The notes: generated from the letters alone by a model not told the origin. Shown: positions 9,789 to 20,435, numbered from the stretch's first letter. The stretch is DNA of 64,000 nt from a bacterium (GCA_965200245.1 CBDATS010000015.1:96001-160000), one strand, 5' to 3'. Program-made: numbers and translations.

Positions 9789-11537
9789 TTACGCGGTCAG
9801 TGCCTCTTTGCCGGCGACTTTCCTGAAGATGACGACGCAGATCAGGAGCGCGACGGTCTGTGCGATGGAAAGGGCAGACGTCATGGGTTCGTTTTCGAAG
9901 TTCGAAAGATAGTACACGCCGACGGAGAGCGTCTCCGTGCCGGCGGAGTAGAGTATGATGGAGATGGAAAGTTCCCTGAGGAATATGACAAACAGGAGAA
10001 TCCATCCGGCGAAGATGCCCGGCTTGAGCAGCGGGATGGTGATTCTCCTGAGCGTGGTGAGCCACGTAGCGCCCGCCATGCGCGAACTCTGGTCGAGTTC
10101 TTCCGATACGGCCATCATAATAGAGGATATGTTTCGTTGCCCGTACGGGAAAAAGCGCGTGATGTAGCCGAGCAGGAGAATCCACAGCGTGGCGTAGATG
10201 GGTGTTTTGATGTAGGTGACGAGAACGCCCATTGCCAGCACGATGCCGGGGAAGCCGATGGGAATGACGCTCAGGAAGTCAAGCACCCGCGCGCCATAGC
10301 CCTTGGTGCGGTGGATCATGTAGCTCACGATGATGGCCACCACCATGGCGATGGAAGCGCCGCCGAACGCGAGGATGAAGCTGTTGATGATGCCGTTGGT
10401 GGCTGCCTGGATGCTCTCGGGCCACCAGAAAAAGAGCACCTTCTGGTAGTTCCAGAACGTGAGTTCCGACCAGATGATTCTTCCCGACCAGATTTTGTGC
10501 AGGCTCACGAAGAAAAGGCAGATAGTCGGGAAAATCACGGCCACGCTCACGTAGAACATGTTGTAGGCAAAAGCGAGCCACTTCCATCCGCCCAGGTCGA
10601 TGAGATTCGGCCGGAAACCTTTGCCGGTCACCGTCGTATAAGAGCGCGGTGCAATGATTCTGTGCTGAATCCAGATAAAGAACGCCGTCACCACGCCCAC
10701 CACCATGCTCATGGCGGCGCCGAGGTAGTGGTTCGCGTCGTCTCCCACTGCTTTCGTGAATATCTGCGTGGTCAGCGTCTCCCACCCGAAGGGGGCAGAA
10801 AGCTTGAAAGGAACGCCGAACTCGCCCGCCGTCGTCACGAACACGATGATGGCGCCAGAGAGGATCGCGGGCGTCACGAGGGGCAGGGTGATAGTCATGG
10901 TTGTGCGGAACAGGCCCGCTCCCGTCGTCCGCGCGCTGTCCTCCAGAGAGGGGTCCATGCGTCTGAGCGAGCCGACCACGAACAGGTACACGAGCGGGGC
11001 GAAGAAGATGCCCGTCACCCAGATGACGCCCCACAGGTTGTTCACGTTGAACAGCGGAAAGGAGATGCCGAAAATGCTTTTCGCCATGTTGTTCAGCAGA
11101 CCCACTTTCGGGGAAGCCAGGTTGTGCCAGGCGATGGCGCCCACGAAAGGACTCAGGAAGAAGGGGATGAGGTTGAATGGTTCGAGTTGTTCCCTGAACG
11201 GGCAGTTGGTTCTCGCGTTGATCCATGCGAGCGATACGCCCAGGAATGTGGCTAGGATGGTGCAGCCCGTGCTGATGATGGCGGTGTTGACGAGAGCTTT
11301 CCGGATCACCCGGCCCTGGAAAACTTCCCTGTAGTTCTGGAGTCCCCACTCGGTGTCGAACCCCAGGTCGTCGAGCACCAGAAAACTGTTGATGACCAGC
11401 GCGACAAGCGGCACGACCACCGCCACCGCCACGATGAGACCGACGACGGTCGTGATGAGGTTTTCCTGTGTGAACCAGGTGCGCCAGCCGCTTGGGGGAG
11501 CGACGTCGATTTGGTGTGTTGCGGTGTCCGTAGCCAT
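9789..11537 (-). CDS. FbpB-type ABC permease with two transmembrane modules
   Basis: Many TM segments; two EAA-like loops (LEDSARTTGA, LDQSSRMAGA); probable ATG at 11537. Confidence 0.9.
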   Translation of the reverse strand: MATDTATHQIDVAPPSGWRTWFTQENLITTVVGLIVAVAVVVPLVALVINSFLVLDDLGFDTEWGLQNYREVFQGRVIRKALVNTAIISTGCTILATFLGVSLAWINARTNCPFREQLEPFNLIPFFLSPFVGAIAWHNLASPKVGLLNNMAKSIFGISFPLFNVNNLWGVIWVTGIFFAPLVYLFVVGSLRRMDPSLEDSARTTGAGLFRTTMTITLPLVTPAILSGAIIVFVTTAGEFGVPFKLSAPFGWETLTTQIFTKAVGDDANHYLGAAMSMVVGVVTAFFIWIQHRIIAPRSYTTVTGKGFRPNLIDLGGWKWLAFAYNMFYVSVAVIFPTICLFFVSLHKIWSGRIIWSELTFWNYQKVLFFWWPESIQAATNGIINSFILAFGGASIAMVVAIIVSYMIHRTKGYGARVLDFLSVIPIGFPGIVLAMGVLVTYIKTPIYATLWILLLGYITRFFPYGQRNISSIMMAVSEELDQSSRMAGATWLTTLRRITIPLLKPGIFAGWILLFVIFLRELSISIILYSAGTETLSVGVYYLSNFENEPMTSALSIAQTVALLICVVIFRKVAGKEALTA

Positions 11538-11791
11538 AATATTGTTGATGCAGCCTTTCCTGCGAACGCAAGTCTTCTCGGGATACGAAGTATCAAATAT
11601 AAAGAACGCCGTTACCAAAAGCAACACACCCCGCAAGTCGTCACGCCGATTCGCGGAGATAGTTCAGTCTATGCAAAACACAGCGCTCGCTACATCGCCT
11701 GGGTTGCGTGTCACCTGTGCCAGAATGGTGCCCTCTTGCGGAATCTTCGCGGCATGGCTCGCCGGCGGTTTTTCCCGTTTCTATTTCTAAA

Positions 11792-11829
11792 GGAAGGGCG
11801 GGAGCCCATCTTGGAACTCCCGCCCTTCC
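11792..11829 (-). terminator. Stem-loop downstream of the substrate-binding protein gene
   Basis: Perfect 13-bp inverted repeat GGAAGGGCGGGAG/CTCCCGCCCTTCC with a short T tract on the minus strand; terminator or mRNA-stabilising hairpin. Confidence 0.65.
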
Positions 11830-11851
11830 GATCAGCTATCGAAAATGCGTC

Positions 11852-12958
11852 CTACTTGAAGCGCTTGATGAATTCGCCGCGCGTCGCCTTGAACTTTTTC
11901 TGTGCGCCGACCCAGTCCTTGAGACCCAGCAGTTTATGCTTGCTCAGGTCGAGGAGGTAGGGTTGCACGGCCTTGGGAGGCTGGTAGCCGGCGCGGAAAC
12001 TGTAGACGGCCTCGCCTTCCACGTACACGTCGGTGCCTGCCTTGGTGAGAAGGAATTCAACCAGCAGTTTGCCGGCGTTGGGATTTGGTGCGCCATTCAG
12101 AACGGCGGCCTGGTTGCCCAGCATGACCTGCCCTTCCTTGTAGTAGCCGATCCTGATGATCTTCGAGAGGTCGGGTTTCTTGATGACGTTCTGCCAGACA
12201 CGGCCGGAAATGTTCCAGGGGTCGAGGCCACGCTCGCAGTTGATGAGCGCCTGCATCTTGGGCTCGGTGCGGAACATGACGACGGGCTTCGTGGCCTTAA
12301 GAGCGTCCCAGTACTTGTTCATGTCCATGCCATTCTCGATGAGCGAGATGACGGTATTGGTGTAGGTGAAGCTCTTGGTGATGTCGCCGGCAATGGTTTT
12401 GCCCATGACGTTCTTCGCGATGGTGTCGGCGTACGACGTGACGTTGATGTCCTTCATGCCCGGGCAGGCGCTGTTCCATACGGGCTGGAATGTGTAGGCC
12501 AGGGGCGTCACGACGTAGGGGTAGTTCGCGTACTGACCGGCTTTCTTGATCACCGCCGCGAAATGCTTGTTCCATTCGGCGCTGTCGAGCTTGTGGTACG
12601 CGCCGCGTTTCTGGGCCGCTGCAAAGAAGCCGGGCGCGCTCACCACGTGAACATCGACGGTGAACTTCTTGGCTCGCATCTCCTGGCGAACCTGTGAGAC
12701 GGTAGCGCCGGTGCCTTTACGCAGGTTGCGGAACTTGAAGCCGTCGCCGAGGCCGTAGTGTTTGGCGAAGGCCGGGCCCATTCGCTTGGCCGTGCGGTCG
12801 CTGAACAGAGGGTTGATGATTGTGACTGCGCCCTCTTTTTTCGCCGCGCGAACGAGTTCTTTCTGGTTTTTCATCATCGCTTCGGATACGGTTGCACCCG
12901 ATGCGAAGATGGCCAGAGCCGCGACGGCGGCGACGAAGTAACGGATACGGGGTTTCAT
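11852..12958 (-). CDS. ABC transporter substrate-binding protein (AfuA/FbpA-like)
   Basis: Signal peptide MKPRIRYF..; AAKKEG.V and APNPNAGKL motifs; GAGGAG RBS. Confidence 0.85.
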   Translation of the reverse strand: MKPRIRYFVAAVAALAIFASGATVSEAMMKNQKELVRAAKKEGAVTIINPLFSDRTAKRMGPAFAKHYGLGDGFKFRNLRKGTGATVSQVRQEMRAKKFTVDVHVVSAPGFFAAAQKRGAYHKLDSAEWNKHFAAVIKKAGQYANYPYVVTPLAYTFQPVWNSACPGMKDINVTSYADTIAKNVMGKTIAGDITKSFTYTNTVISLIENGMDMNKYWDALKATKPVVMFRTEPKMQALINCERGLDPWNISGRVWQNVIKKPDLSKIIRIGYYKEGQVMLGNQAAVLNGAPNPNAGKLLVEFLLTKAGTDVYVEGEAVYSFRAGYQPPKAVQPYLLDLSKHKLLGLKDWVGAQKKFKATRGEFIKRFK

Positions 12959-13318
12959 CGAGAATCTCCTCAAATGCTTGAATGGAATGGGGGCCATGCC
13001 CCCGGTTGAATAAGTTGCTCATACATTTTTCACGATGGAATCCGGACAGAACGAGAAAACACCGGGCATCAGGCTTGTTTTCTTTACTGTCTGCGAATTT
13101 TTGTGGTAGTGAAGATAACAGATTTTTCGTATCTGTCAATGTTGCTTTTGGGGCCGTGACAATCTAGACCGGGGATTTTGCGAAGCTTCGATAGGGACGC
13201 AGGGCAGGAGGCGTCTTTCTCGCAGATGACAAGCGAATGATGACTTCTGCAGTTCATCGAGTTGACGACCCTGAGAATTCCTTTTTGCGCCAGATGAAAT
13301 TCCAGACGAGGATGTTTC

Positions 13319-14149
13319 TTGAACGTGAAATCGACCGGTTTTCCCCTCATCCAGAGCCACCGACTGAAAGCTCCACACGGTTCGTTCATGGATCACGTAG
13401 AGGTGATTCTGATCGGGGATGGGCCTTATGTTCTCTTCGATACAGGCTACCGCGAGTGCATTCCCGAGATGCTCTCCTGGGTGGGCTCGCGCGCCGGGAA
13501 TGAACTGGACAAGATCGTCCTGACCCATCACCACTTCGATCACTCGGGCGGTGCGAAGGCGGCCTGCGAGCGATTCGGCGTTCCGGTCTATCTCCACCCT
13601 TTGGAGATGGGTTATTTGGGGGAAGAGCATCCAGACCTTGCGGTCTTGCCAATCAGGGAAGGGGAGTTCATCGAACTGGGAGAGATGCGTTTTGAAGTCA
13701 TTCTCACACCGGGTCATTCGCCCGGGCATCTTTCCTTCTGGTGGGCCGAGGAAAGGATTTTGCTGGGAGGCGACAACATTCTTCTCCCTTCGACGACGGC
13801 GGTGGTGGCTCCCAAGGGGAATCTGGGCGATTACCTGGAATCACTCGAACAGGTGAAGAAGTTGGCACCCCGTCTGATCTATCCTGGCCATGGGCCGGTG
13901 GTCGAAGATCCGATCAAGAGAATCGACGAACTCATCGAACACCGAAAAATGCGCGATGCACAGTATCTCGAAGCCTTGGGCAAAGGGTATGATACGCCGG
14001 TCAGGATAGCGAACCTCATCTATCAGGATTTGTCCAAGCGGCATAGAGACCTGGGTGCTCGTGTGATAGAGCTGCATTTGGAGAGGTTCGTGGAATCAGG
14101 AGAAGTCGCGTGTGCCGGTGGGCGCTATTCTCTATCGGGGTCACTTTAG
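13319..14149 (+). CDS. MBL-fold metallo-hydrolase with C-terminal wHTH (LACTB2-like)
   Basis: THHHFDHSGG, TPGHSPGH, GD and PGHG motifs. Confidence 0.9.
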   Translation: MNVKSTGFPLIQSHRLKAPHGSFMDHVEVILIGDGPYVLFDTGYRECIPEMLSWVGSRAGNELDKIVLTHHHFDHSGGAKAACERFGVPVYLHPLEMGYLGEEHPDLAVLPIREGEFIELGEMRFEVILTPGHSPGHLSFWWAEERILLGGDNILLPSTTAVVAPKGNLGDYLESLEQVKKLAPRLIYPGHGPVVEDPIKRIDELIEHRKMRDAQYLEALGKGYDTPVRIANLIYQDLSKRHRDLGARVIELHLERFVESGEVACAGGRYSLSGSL

Positions 14150-14162
14150 GGAGTTTGGACTT

Positions 14163-14972
14163 TTGCTCACCAATTGCCATACTTTGGTTTTGAGGGAATT
14201 GCTGGAGCGGCACCCAGAGGTGCCCCATCCCGGAAATGATGCCTATATCTATAATGTAGCACCCGATTCCCTACCTCTCTCCGGGGAATTCAAACCCAGA
14301 GATACCCACCGCTTTGCTCCTCCGGAAGGCGTGATGGAACAATTCCCGAAGCTCTTGTGGGTGAAATGTCACCTGGTCGTCGACAACATCTGCCACTACG
14401 GAAACATCGCCAAGGTGGCAAGAGGGCTGACTCCTTCTCAAAAACAGGGCTACACCTACCGCAAGGGAGCCACGCTGATCCCCCTGATGCTCGAGTTTAC
14501 GCAAATGATGGGTGTGCCTACCGATGATGCGACGCTTCACTACCTTGCGCACGTGCTGGTCGAAATCGCGGTGGATTACGCTATCTATCTCGATGACAAA
14601 ACCGTGGGGGAACAACTCCGGGACGCCCAGGACGCGATGACTGTCGCGCAGGAGCGTGAATATGCTGAGGGCCTGGGTGCTTTATACGGCTGCGAGCCCG
14701 AGAAAGTGGCGCGGGCTCGCGGCGCACCCCGCAGGTTTTATGGAGATATGCACGATGTCGACCAACTCTTTGTGGGCGGACGGACGAAAATTGTTCTCCG
14801 AAAACTCAGACTGCCCTTCAGCGAGGAAAACACGGAGAAGACGTGTCGACTCATCGAAGAGGGGGCGCGGATGACGGACGATTATATGGATTTTATTGAC
14901 GAATCTGTGGAAGCGCTCTCTGATTGGGAGGTATGGGCAGGAGAGAGCGCCATTGAAGGCGAGACCAACTGA
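14163..14972 (+). CDS. Hypothetical protein, possibly zinc-dependent phospholipase C/P1-like fold
   Basis: TTG start after GGAG; N-terminal His, PD, TH, H-x3-D-x3-H and H-x3-E-x3-D pattern. Confidence 0.5.
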   Translation: MLTNCHTLVLRELLERHPEVPHPGNDAYIYNVAPDSLPLSGEFKPRDTHRFAPPEGVMEQFPKLLWVKCHLVVDNICHYGNIAKVARGLTPSQKQGYTYRKGATLIPLMLEFTQMMGVPTDDATLHYLAHVLVEIAVDYAIYLDDKTVGEQLRDAQDAMTVAQEREYAEGLGALYGCEPEKVARARGAPRRFYGDMHDVDQLFVGGRTKIVLRKLRLPFSEENTEKTCRLIEEGARMTDDYMDFIDESVEALSDWEVWAGESAIEGETN

Positions 14973-15109
14973 GCAGTAGTGCTGACACACTACTACACAC
15001 ACCCAACCCCTGAAGGTAATTCCCGCACTTTTCAGCGCAGGATTACCCCTTGGGTTTCAAGGTTTATGTCTCGTTGGGCCGGATGTTCCGGCTGCCGGCA
15101 TTGCGTGTT

Positions 15110-15382
15110 CTAGTTTACGGAGGCTTTCAGGCCGGCTCCCGCCTTGAACTTCGGCACGGTGGTGGCCGCCACCATAATCTCCTCGCCCGTTTTCGGGTTG
15201 CGAGCCTTGCGGGCTGCGCGTTGGGAGACGCTGAAGGTTCCGAAGCCCGTGAGCGTGACCTTGTCCCCGTTCTGGAGTGCTGAGGTCACGGCGTCAGCGA
15301 ATGCGTCGACTACGCCCTGGGCGTTCGATTTGCTCATGTTCGCCTGAGTGGCGATGGCTTCAGCGAGTTCGCCTTTGTTCAT
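15110..15382 (-). CDS. hup: DNA-binding protein HU
   Basis: MNKGEL, GFGTF, RKARNPKTGE and VPKFKAG motifs. Confidence 0.95.
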   Translation of the reverse strand: MNKGELAEAIATQANMSKSNAQGVVDAFADAVTSALQNGDKVTLTGFGTFSVSQRAARKARNPKTGEEIMVAATTVPKFKAGAGLKASVN

Positions 15383-15601
15383 GTTGGTCCTCTCCTTTTT
15401 CGCCCTGAGCGGCGCGCGGGCGATACGTGAGCGCTCATGTCTTGGGTAGCGGTAAGACCGCTTGCAATGAAAAAACCTGAAAATACGGTTGGGCGAAGGT
15501 GATACAAGGGCGGGAAATCACTTTGCTACAAGTAATTATAGCTATCGACGGAGTTTCATGCAAGCCCCGAACGCCTGCCCGCCAATGGCTAGCGAGAAGG
15601 G

Positions 15602-16846
15602 TCAAGGAGTCGGGAATGCCCAAATCGCGTCGTTTCCGACCATCTGATCGTATGAGAAGAGCGCAATGCCATCCGCCCCGGCCTCTCTTGCGGCGCGCCA
15701 TTCGCGCCATATGCCCGCCGGGTGCGCGGTAAACAGATATGCCCCCAGGCCGATGACGATCTCGGGTGTGCGCGCATTCGGGGTCGTCACCCGTTTGGCG
15801 GCGAGTGCGCTTCGACTGATTTGAGAGGCCAGGCGTTCATCCCTGGAATAGTTCATTACCACGGCCTTATCCAGAAACCCGCTCTCCAGCCAACCACGCC
15901 AGTCCTGAAACGCCGAGAGGTAAGCCCGCTCGGCCCAGGGCAGAACTGCAGCAGAAACAATTATTTTCCGCCTTAAACCTTTCGTCGTTTCATAAACGCC
16001 GCGAACCGCTGACGTAACTTGTGCGCGCCGCCAGTCGTCCCACGCCGCCGCATCCACACGCTTCACCTTTGCGCCTGCGCGCGGAGCGGTTTTTCGGGTC
16101 TTTCGCTCGAAACGGACGACAGACGCCTCGTTGTAGCCGAAATCAAGACGCGGAGAAAAAGACGAACCAGGCGATATGGGCAGTGCATAGGGGTAGCGAA
16201 TGAAATCGAGATGGATCCCCGCAAGGCGCGGGTAGTGCCGCACCAGATGTGCAGAGACGTCGATGATACGTTGGCGCACCCGAGGATTGCCCGGATCCAG
16301 AAAAATGCCCGGTGTTCCCATCCCGAAGTTTTTCGCCCATGCGGGTTTTCCCGAGCGGGGGTATTCGAGGAGTGAACGCCTGTATTGATCCCGGAGTACT
16401 GCTTCTTTCCCCATTTCCCGGATGATGGGCGCATTCCTGTTTCTTGCCAGCGAGAATGCGTTGATCCATGCATGGATCCGGATAGTGCAGTTGTATTTGT
16501 CCCTGCGGGAAGCGAGTTCGAGCAGGAACGCAAGCGGGTCTTGCCCGGTGCGCTTCGAGGGGGAATCATCGGCCAGCTTCGTTGGGAACCACGCGCGGCC
16601 CGAGCGGTAAACCTGAGCGTATATGTCCGTTACACCTGTTGCGCACGCGCGTTTCACCAGTGCCATGATTTTCCCGGCGCTGTCCAGGGTTTTGTTTGCG
16701 CCCTCCGCCTGCACCCAAAGGCCGATTTCGAAGGATTTGGGTGCCAGGAAGCGCTCAAGAAAATCCTTGTGAAGGGCAGCACACCCCGAAAACAGGAACG
16801 CGGCGAGCAAGAGCCAAGGCGCACCTGCGGGCGAAAGTCGCTTCAT
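15602..16846 (-). CDS. Glycoside hydrolase-like 10 (DUF187/YddW-like) lipoprotein
   Basis: Lipobox FSGC; IHAWIN, FLDPG, GIHLDFIRYP and FQDW motifs. Confidence 0.8.
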   Translation of the reverse strand: MKRLSPAGAPWLLLAAFLFSGCAALHKDFLERFLAPKSFEIGLWVQAEGANKTLDSAGKIMALVKRACATGVTDIYAQVYRSGRAWFPTKLADDSPSKRTGQDPLAFLLELASRRDKYNCTIRIHAWINAFSLARNRNAPIIREMGKEAVLRDQYRRSLLEYPRSGKPAWAKNFGMGTPGIFLDPGNPRVRQRIIDVSAHLVRHYPRLAGIHLDFIRYPYALPISPGSSFSPRLDFGYNEASVVRFERKTRKTAPRAGAKVKRVDAAAWDDWRRAQVTSAVRGVYETTKGLRRKIIVSAAVLPWAERAYLSAFQDWRGWLESGFLDKAVVMNYSRDERLASQISRSALAAKRVTTPNARTPEIVIGLGAYLFTAHPAGIWREWRAAREAGADGIALFSYDQMVGNDAIWAFPTP

Positions 16847-16988
16847 CCAGCGAATCCGTGGGCGGGTGTGGCCGGCGATATGCCGCTGCTTGACCCCGGG
16901 CGGAGGTCGATGCGCATAAACTACACGTTGTGCCGTGGGACGGTCAACGCAAGGCACCAGGATAATGGGGTAGAACGCTCCTGCCGCG

Positions 16989-17552
16989 TTAATCAGCGCA
17001 CAGTGCGCTTCTCACCATCAAGGCGGCCTTGGCCAGGGTCTTCTCGCCCGCCTCTCCCATGGACTCGCCCGTAATTTCCAGGTGTGCCTCGATGATGTCT
17101 CGATCGGAAATACCTCCGGCCAGTTCTTCCCAGGCAGCCAGCGCCGCACCGAGATGTGCTGCCCGGGGCGATGCGGCGCGCTCCGAGGCGATGGTGTCCA
17201 AGTCCACCGAGGCAATGCGGATATCGCTGCACTGCGTGGCGCTTTGCGTGTTCAGGACGAGGATGCTTTCCGGGCCTTTCAGGGCGTTTCCCATCGGAGG
17301 TACGACGGCGAGGAGGGGGTCGCAGACAATTTCCAGGTCATAGTCCGCCGGTATGGCGAGATCCGGGAGTTGGGTTCTTGAAATTTTCACCACCGCCCTG
17401 TCCGGTGAGCCAGGTGGGGAGGGGAAACCCGGCGTACGCACCTGCGCGGAGAACGCCGCAAGGTTCGCCGCGCCTGCGAAGATGCGTGCGGTGCTCAGAA
17501 AAAGGCCCTCTCCGCCGATTTCGCGTCTTCCATGAAAACAAATCGCGCGCAT
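16989..17552 (-). CDS. Divergent 2-oxoacid:acceptor oxidoreductase gamma subunit-like protein
   Basis: I.FHGR..GGEG, DPLL, LVLNT, VD...IA and LGA pattern. Confidence 0.55.
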   Translation of the reverse strand: MRAICFHGRREIGGEGLFLSTARIFAGAANLAAFSAQVRTPGFPSPPGSPDRAVVKISRTQLPDLAIPADYDLEIVCDPLLAVVPPMGNALKGPESILVLNTQSATQCSDIRIASVDLDTIASERAASPRAAHLGAALAAWEELAGGISDRDIIEAHLEITGESMGEAGEKTLAKAALMVRSALCAD

Positions 17553-17758
17553 GTCGTATTCCCGGTCTTTGAAAGAATGACAGCGTAAACCCCCGACAGC
17601 TTTAGCAAATGGGGCGCCTCTTTTCCATCTTTCAGGTTGTCAAGTTGACATCGAATACGTGCCCTCGCAATATGGCCCGGAGAATTTCAGGAGTGGCGTG
17701 TCAAGACATGCCCCTAAATTGAGAATCGCCGGAATCTGAAAACACGCAGGAGCGCGCC

Positions 17759-19156
17759 TTGAGCAAGAAGTTCAGGATATTCACCTATGGCTGCCAGATG
17801 AACCGGTACGATACGGAAACCGTCACCGGGTATCTGGAGGCCGAAGGGTATGAGGAGACCGAAGCGAATGAAGAGGCCGACCTCATTCTTCTGAACACCT
17901 GTTCGATCCGCGACAAGGCGGAGCAGAAGGTCTATAGCCAGCTCGGGCGCCTCGACAAGCTCAAGAAGAAAAATCCCGCCCTCAAGATAGGCGTGTGCGG
18001 GTGTTTCGCTACGCGTGACGGGGAAGCTATTGCGAAGCGCGGCAAAACGGTCGACCTTGTCTTCGGCACCCAGAACATTGCCAAGCTGCCGATGCTGCTC
18101 GAACAGATGAAGGAACGTCGGGTGGTTGACACCGCACCGGTAGCGCCCGATTTCACAGAACTCGCCCCGATGGCTCGGGGAGGCGGCCTGAACGCCTTCG
18201 TGAGCATCGCGCGCGGATGCGACAATTTCTGCACATTCTGTGTCGTGCCCTACACGCGCGGACCCGAGTGGAGCAAGCCGAGCGAACTCATCGTGGAAGA
18301 GGTCGAGCGGACGGTGGAAGAGGGTTTCCGGGAGGTCACTCTCCTCGGTCAGAACGTGAACTCCTACGGCCGGAAGTCGCCGGGTGAACTCACCTTCGGC
18401 GGGCTGCTCAGGCGCCTGAACGAGGTGGCAGGTCTCGAACGCATCCGCTTCATCACGTCGCACCCCAAGGATTGTGACGAGGACATGATCGACGCCATGG
18501 AGGAATCCTCCAGGGTATGCGAGCACCTCCACCTCCCGGTACAGTCGGGAGCGGACGCGGTACTCGCGCGCATGGAGCGGGGCTACACGGCGGATGAATA
18601 TCTCGAAAAGGTTTCCCTGTTCAGGGATCGCGTGAAGAACGGCGTGTTGACCTCGGACGTCATCATCGGTTTTCCCGGTGAGCGGGACGAGGATTTCGAG
18701 GGTACGCTGCATGTCCTGCGAGAAGCGTGCTACGACAACATCTACATGTTCAAATACTCTCCCCGGCCTAGAACGCCCGCGTTCGACATGGAAGATACCC
18801 TGCCCGGAGAGGTGGTTTCCGAGCGCTTCGAGGAGGCCAGCCGGGTGCAGCGCGAGATGACGGAGAAACTGCACGCGGAACTCGTGGGCGGTGTTCAGGA
18901 AGTGATGGTCGAGGGAGTGGTGACACGTGGGCGTGCGCCCGCAGGCTGCGCGGGATGCCCTGATTTTGCGGATGAATCGGATTCGAACTGGTTCGCGGGT
19001 CGCAGTCGGGGCAATCACAGGGTACAATTTCACGCAGAAGGTTTCACGCCCGATGCGGGAGACGTGGTTGAGGTCAGGATCATGCAGGGCGGCATCCACT
19101 CTCTGGCTGGAGTTTCGCCGCCAGGCACCGTGGTGATGGAGGAAGAAAGAGCATGA
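17759..19156 (+). CDS. miaB: tRNA methylthiotransferase MiaB
   Basis: TYGCQMN, NTCSIR, radical SAM CxxxCxxC (CDNFCTFC) and a TRAM domain. Confidence 0.95.
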   Translation: MSKKFRIFTYGCQMNRYDTETVTGYLEAEGYEETEANEEADLILLNTCSIRDKAEQKVYSQLGRLDKLKKKNPALKIGVCGCFATRDGEAIAKRGKTVDLVFGTQNIAKLPMLLEQMKERRVVDTAPVAPDFTELAPMARGGGLNAFVSIARGCDNFCTFCVVPYTRGPEWSKPSELIVEEVERTVEEGFREVTLLGQNVNSYGRKSPGELTFGGLLRRLNEVAGLERIRFITSHPKDCDEDMIDAMEESSRVCEHLHLPVQSGADAVLARMERGYTADEYLEKVSLFRDRVKNGVLTSDVIIGFPGERDEDFEGTLHVLREACYDNIYMFKYSPRPRTPAFDMEDTLPGEVVSERFEEASRVQREMTEKLHAELVGGVQEVMVEGVVTRGRAPAGCAGCPDFADESDSNWFAGRSRGNHRVQFHAEGFTPDAGDVVEVRIMQGGIHSLAGVSPPGTVVMEEERA

Positions 19157-19716
19157 TGATCGAGATGAAAGTCAAGGGTCTCACGCTTGACCCGCACACC
19201 AACGTGCCGATTGTGGTGTTGCGCGAGACCGAAGGAGATCGGGCGCTGCCTATCTGGGTGGGTATTTTCGAGGCGCACGCCATTGCGCGCGAGATTGAGA
19301 ACTTCGAGACACCGCGCCCGATGACCCACGATCTAATCAAGAACATGATCAACGATCTCAATGGCCGGGTGGACAAGATTCTCATCAACGATCTGCGGGA
19401 TAACACTTTTTTCGCCGAAATTCATCTCTCCCTGAACACATCGGAAGTCGTCGTTGACTCGAGGCCATCTGACGCCATCGCCGTGGCCCTGCGCATGAGG
19501 AGCCCGATTTACGTCGAGGAGAAGGTGCTCGAGGAAGCGAAGAGTATTCAGTTCAACGAAGAGGAAATGAAAGAAGGCGTCTCCGGCGTGGAGGTTGGTA
19601 GTGGGGAAGACGCTCCCCCCGAACAGGAAAAATCGCTCGAGGACGAACCCGAGGACATCAAGGAATGGCTCAAGGACTTGAGGCCCGACGATTTCCTCAA
19701 AGAGGATAACAACTAA
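19153..19716 (+). CDS. Bifunctional nuclease family protein (DUF151)
   Basis: LPIWVG, RPMTHDL and DSRPSDAIA motifs. Confidence 0.92.
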   Translation: MMIEMKVKGLTLDPHTNVPIVVLRETEGDRALPIWVGIFEAHAIAREIENFETPRPMTHDLIKNMINDLNGRVDKILINDLRDNTFFAEIHLSLNTSEVVVDSRPSDAIAVALRMRSPIYVEEKVLEEAKSIQFNEEEMKEGVSGVEVGSGEDAPPEQEKSLEDEPEDIKEWLKDLRPDDFLKEDNN

Positions 19717-19750
19717 GGAGACGCTCGCCCGGGCGTCGGCCCACCGGAGT

Positions 19751-20407
19751 TTGACCGCTTTGCTTCTCTATCTCTTGCGACACGGCGAGACGGACTGGAA
19801 CGTCGAGCAGCGCATACAGGGTGTATCCGACACCGCGCTCAACGAAGTGGGTGTCGCTCAGGCCGAGGCGCTCGCGTGCGCGTTGCGTGGACGTCCCATC
19901 GTCTGCGTCTACACGAGTCCACTGAAGCGTGCCAGGCGCACTGCCGAGTTTGTCGCGCAAGCCGTGGACGCGCAACTCCGCGAGGAGGCGGGCATCGCCG
20001 AGTTGAACCAGGGCGAACTGGAGGGAGAACCCTTTCGCCGCCTTCCCGAGACGCATCCGGATTTCATGTATCTGTGGCGGAACCATCCCGCCCGTGTGCG
20101 CATGCCGGGTGGCGAGACTCTCTCGGAACTGCAGGATAGGGCATGGGCCGCAATGGAACGTCTCCTTGCGGCCCATGATGAAGAAGTCATCGCCGCGGTG
20201 AGCCACAATCTGGCGATCATCATGATCCTGTGCAGGATTCTGGGCGTGGACCTCGACGGCTTCCGGCGGATACGGCAGCATAACGCCGCCATGAATATAA
20301 TTGAGCATACGCCTGAGAGGGGCTGGAGCGTCGTGACGATGAACTCCCTGGCGCATCTGCAGGACGCGCCCGTATCAGAGCGGAATCCGTATCAGCCCTA
20401 TATTTAG
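19751..20407 (+). CDS. Histidine phosphatase family protein
   Basis: RHGETDWN, SPLKRA and VSH motifs. Confidence 0.92.
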   Translation: MTALLLYLLRHGETDWNVEQRIQGVSDTALNEVGVAQAEALACALRGRPIVCVYTSPLKRARRTAEFVAQAVDAQLREEAGIAELNQGELEGEPFRRLPETHPDFMYLWRNHPARVRMPGGETLSELQDRAWAAMERLLAAHDEEVIAAVSHNLAIIMILCRILGVDLDGFRRIRQHNAAMNIIEHTPERGWSVVTMNSLAHLQDAPVSERNPYQPYI

Positions 20408-20435
20408 TATTGAGGTCATGCAGGGGACGATCGGC

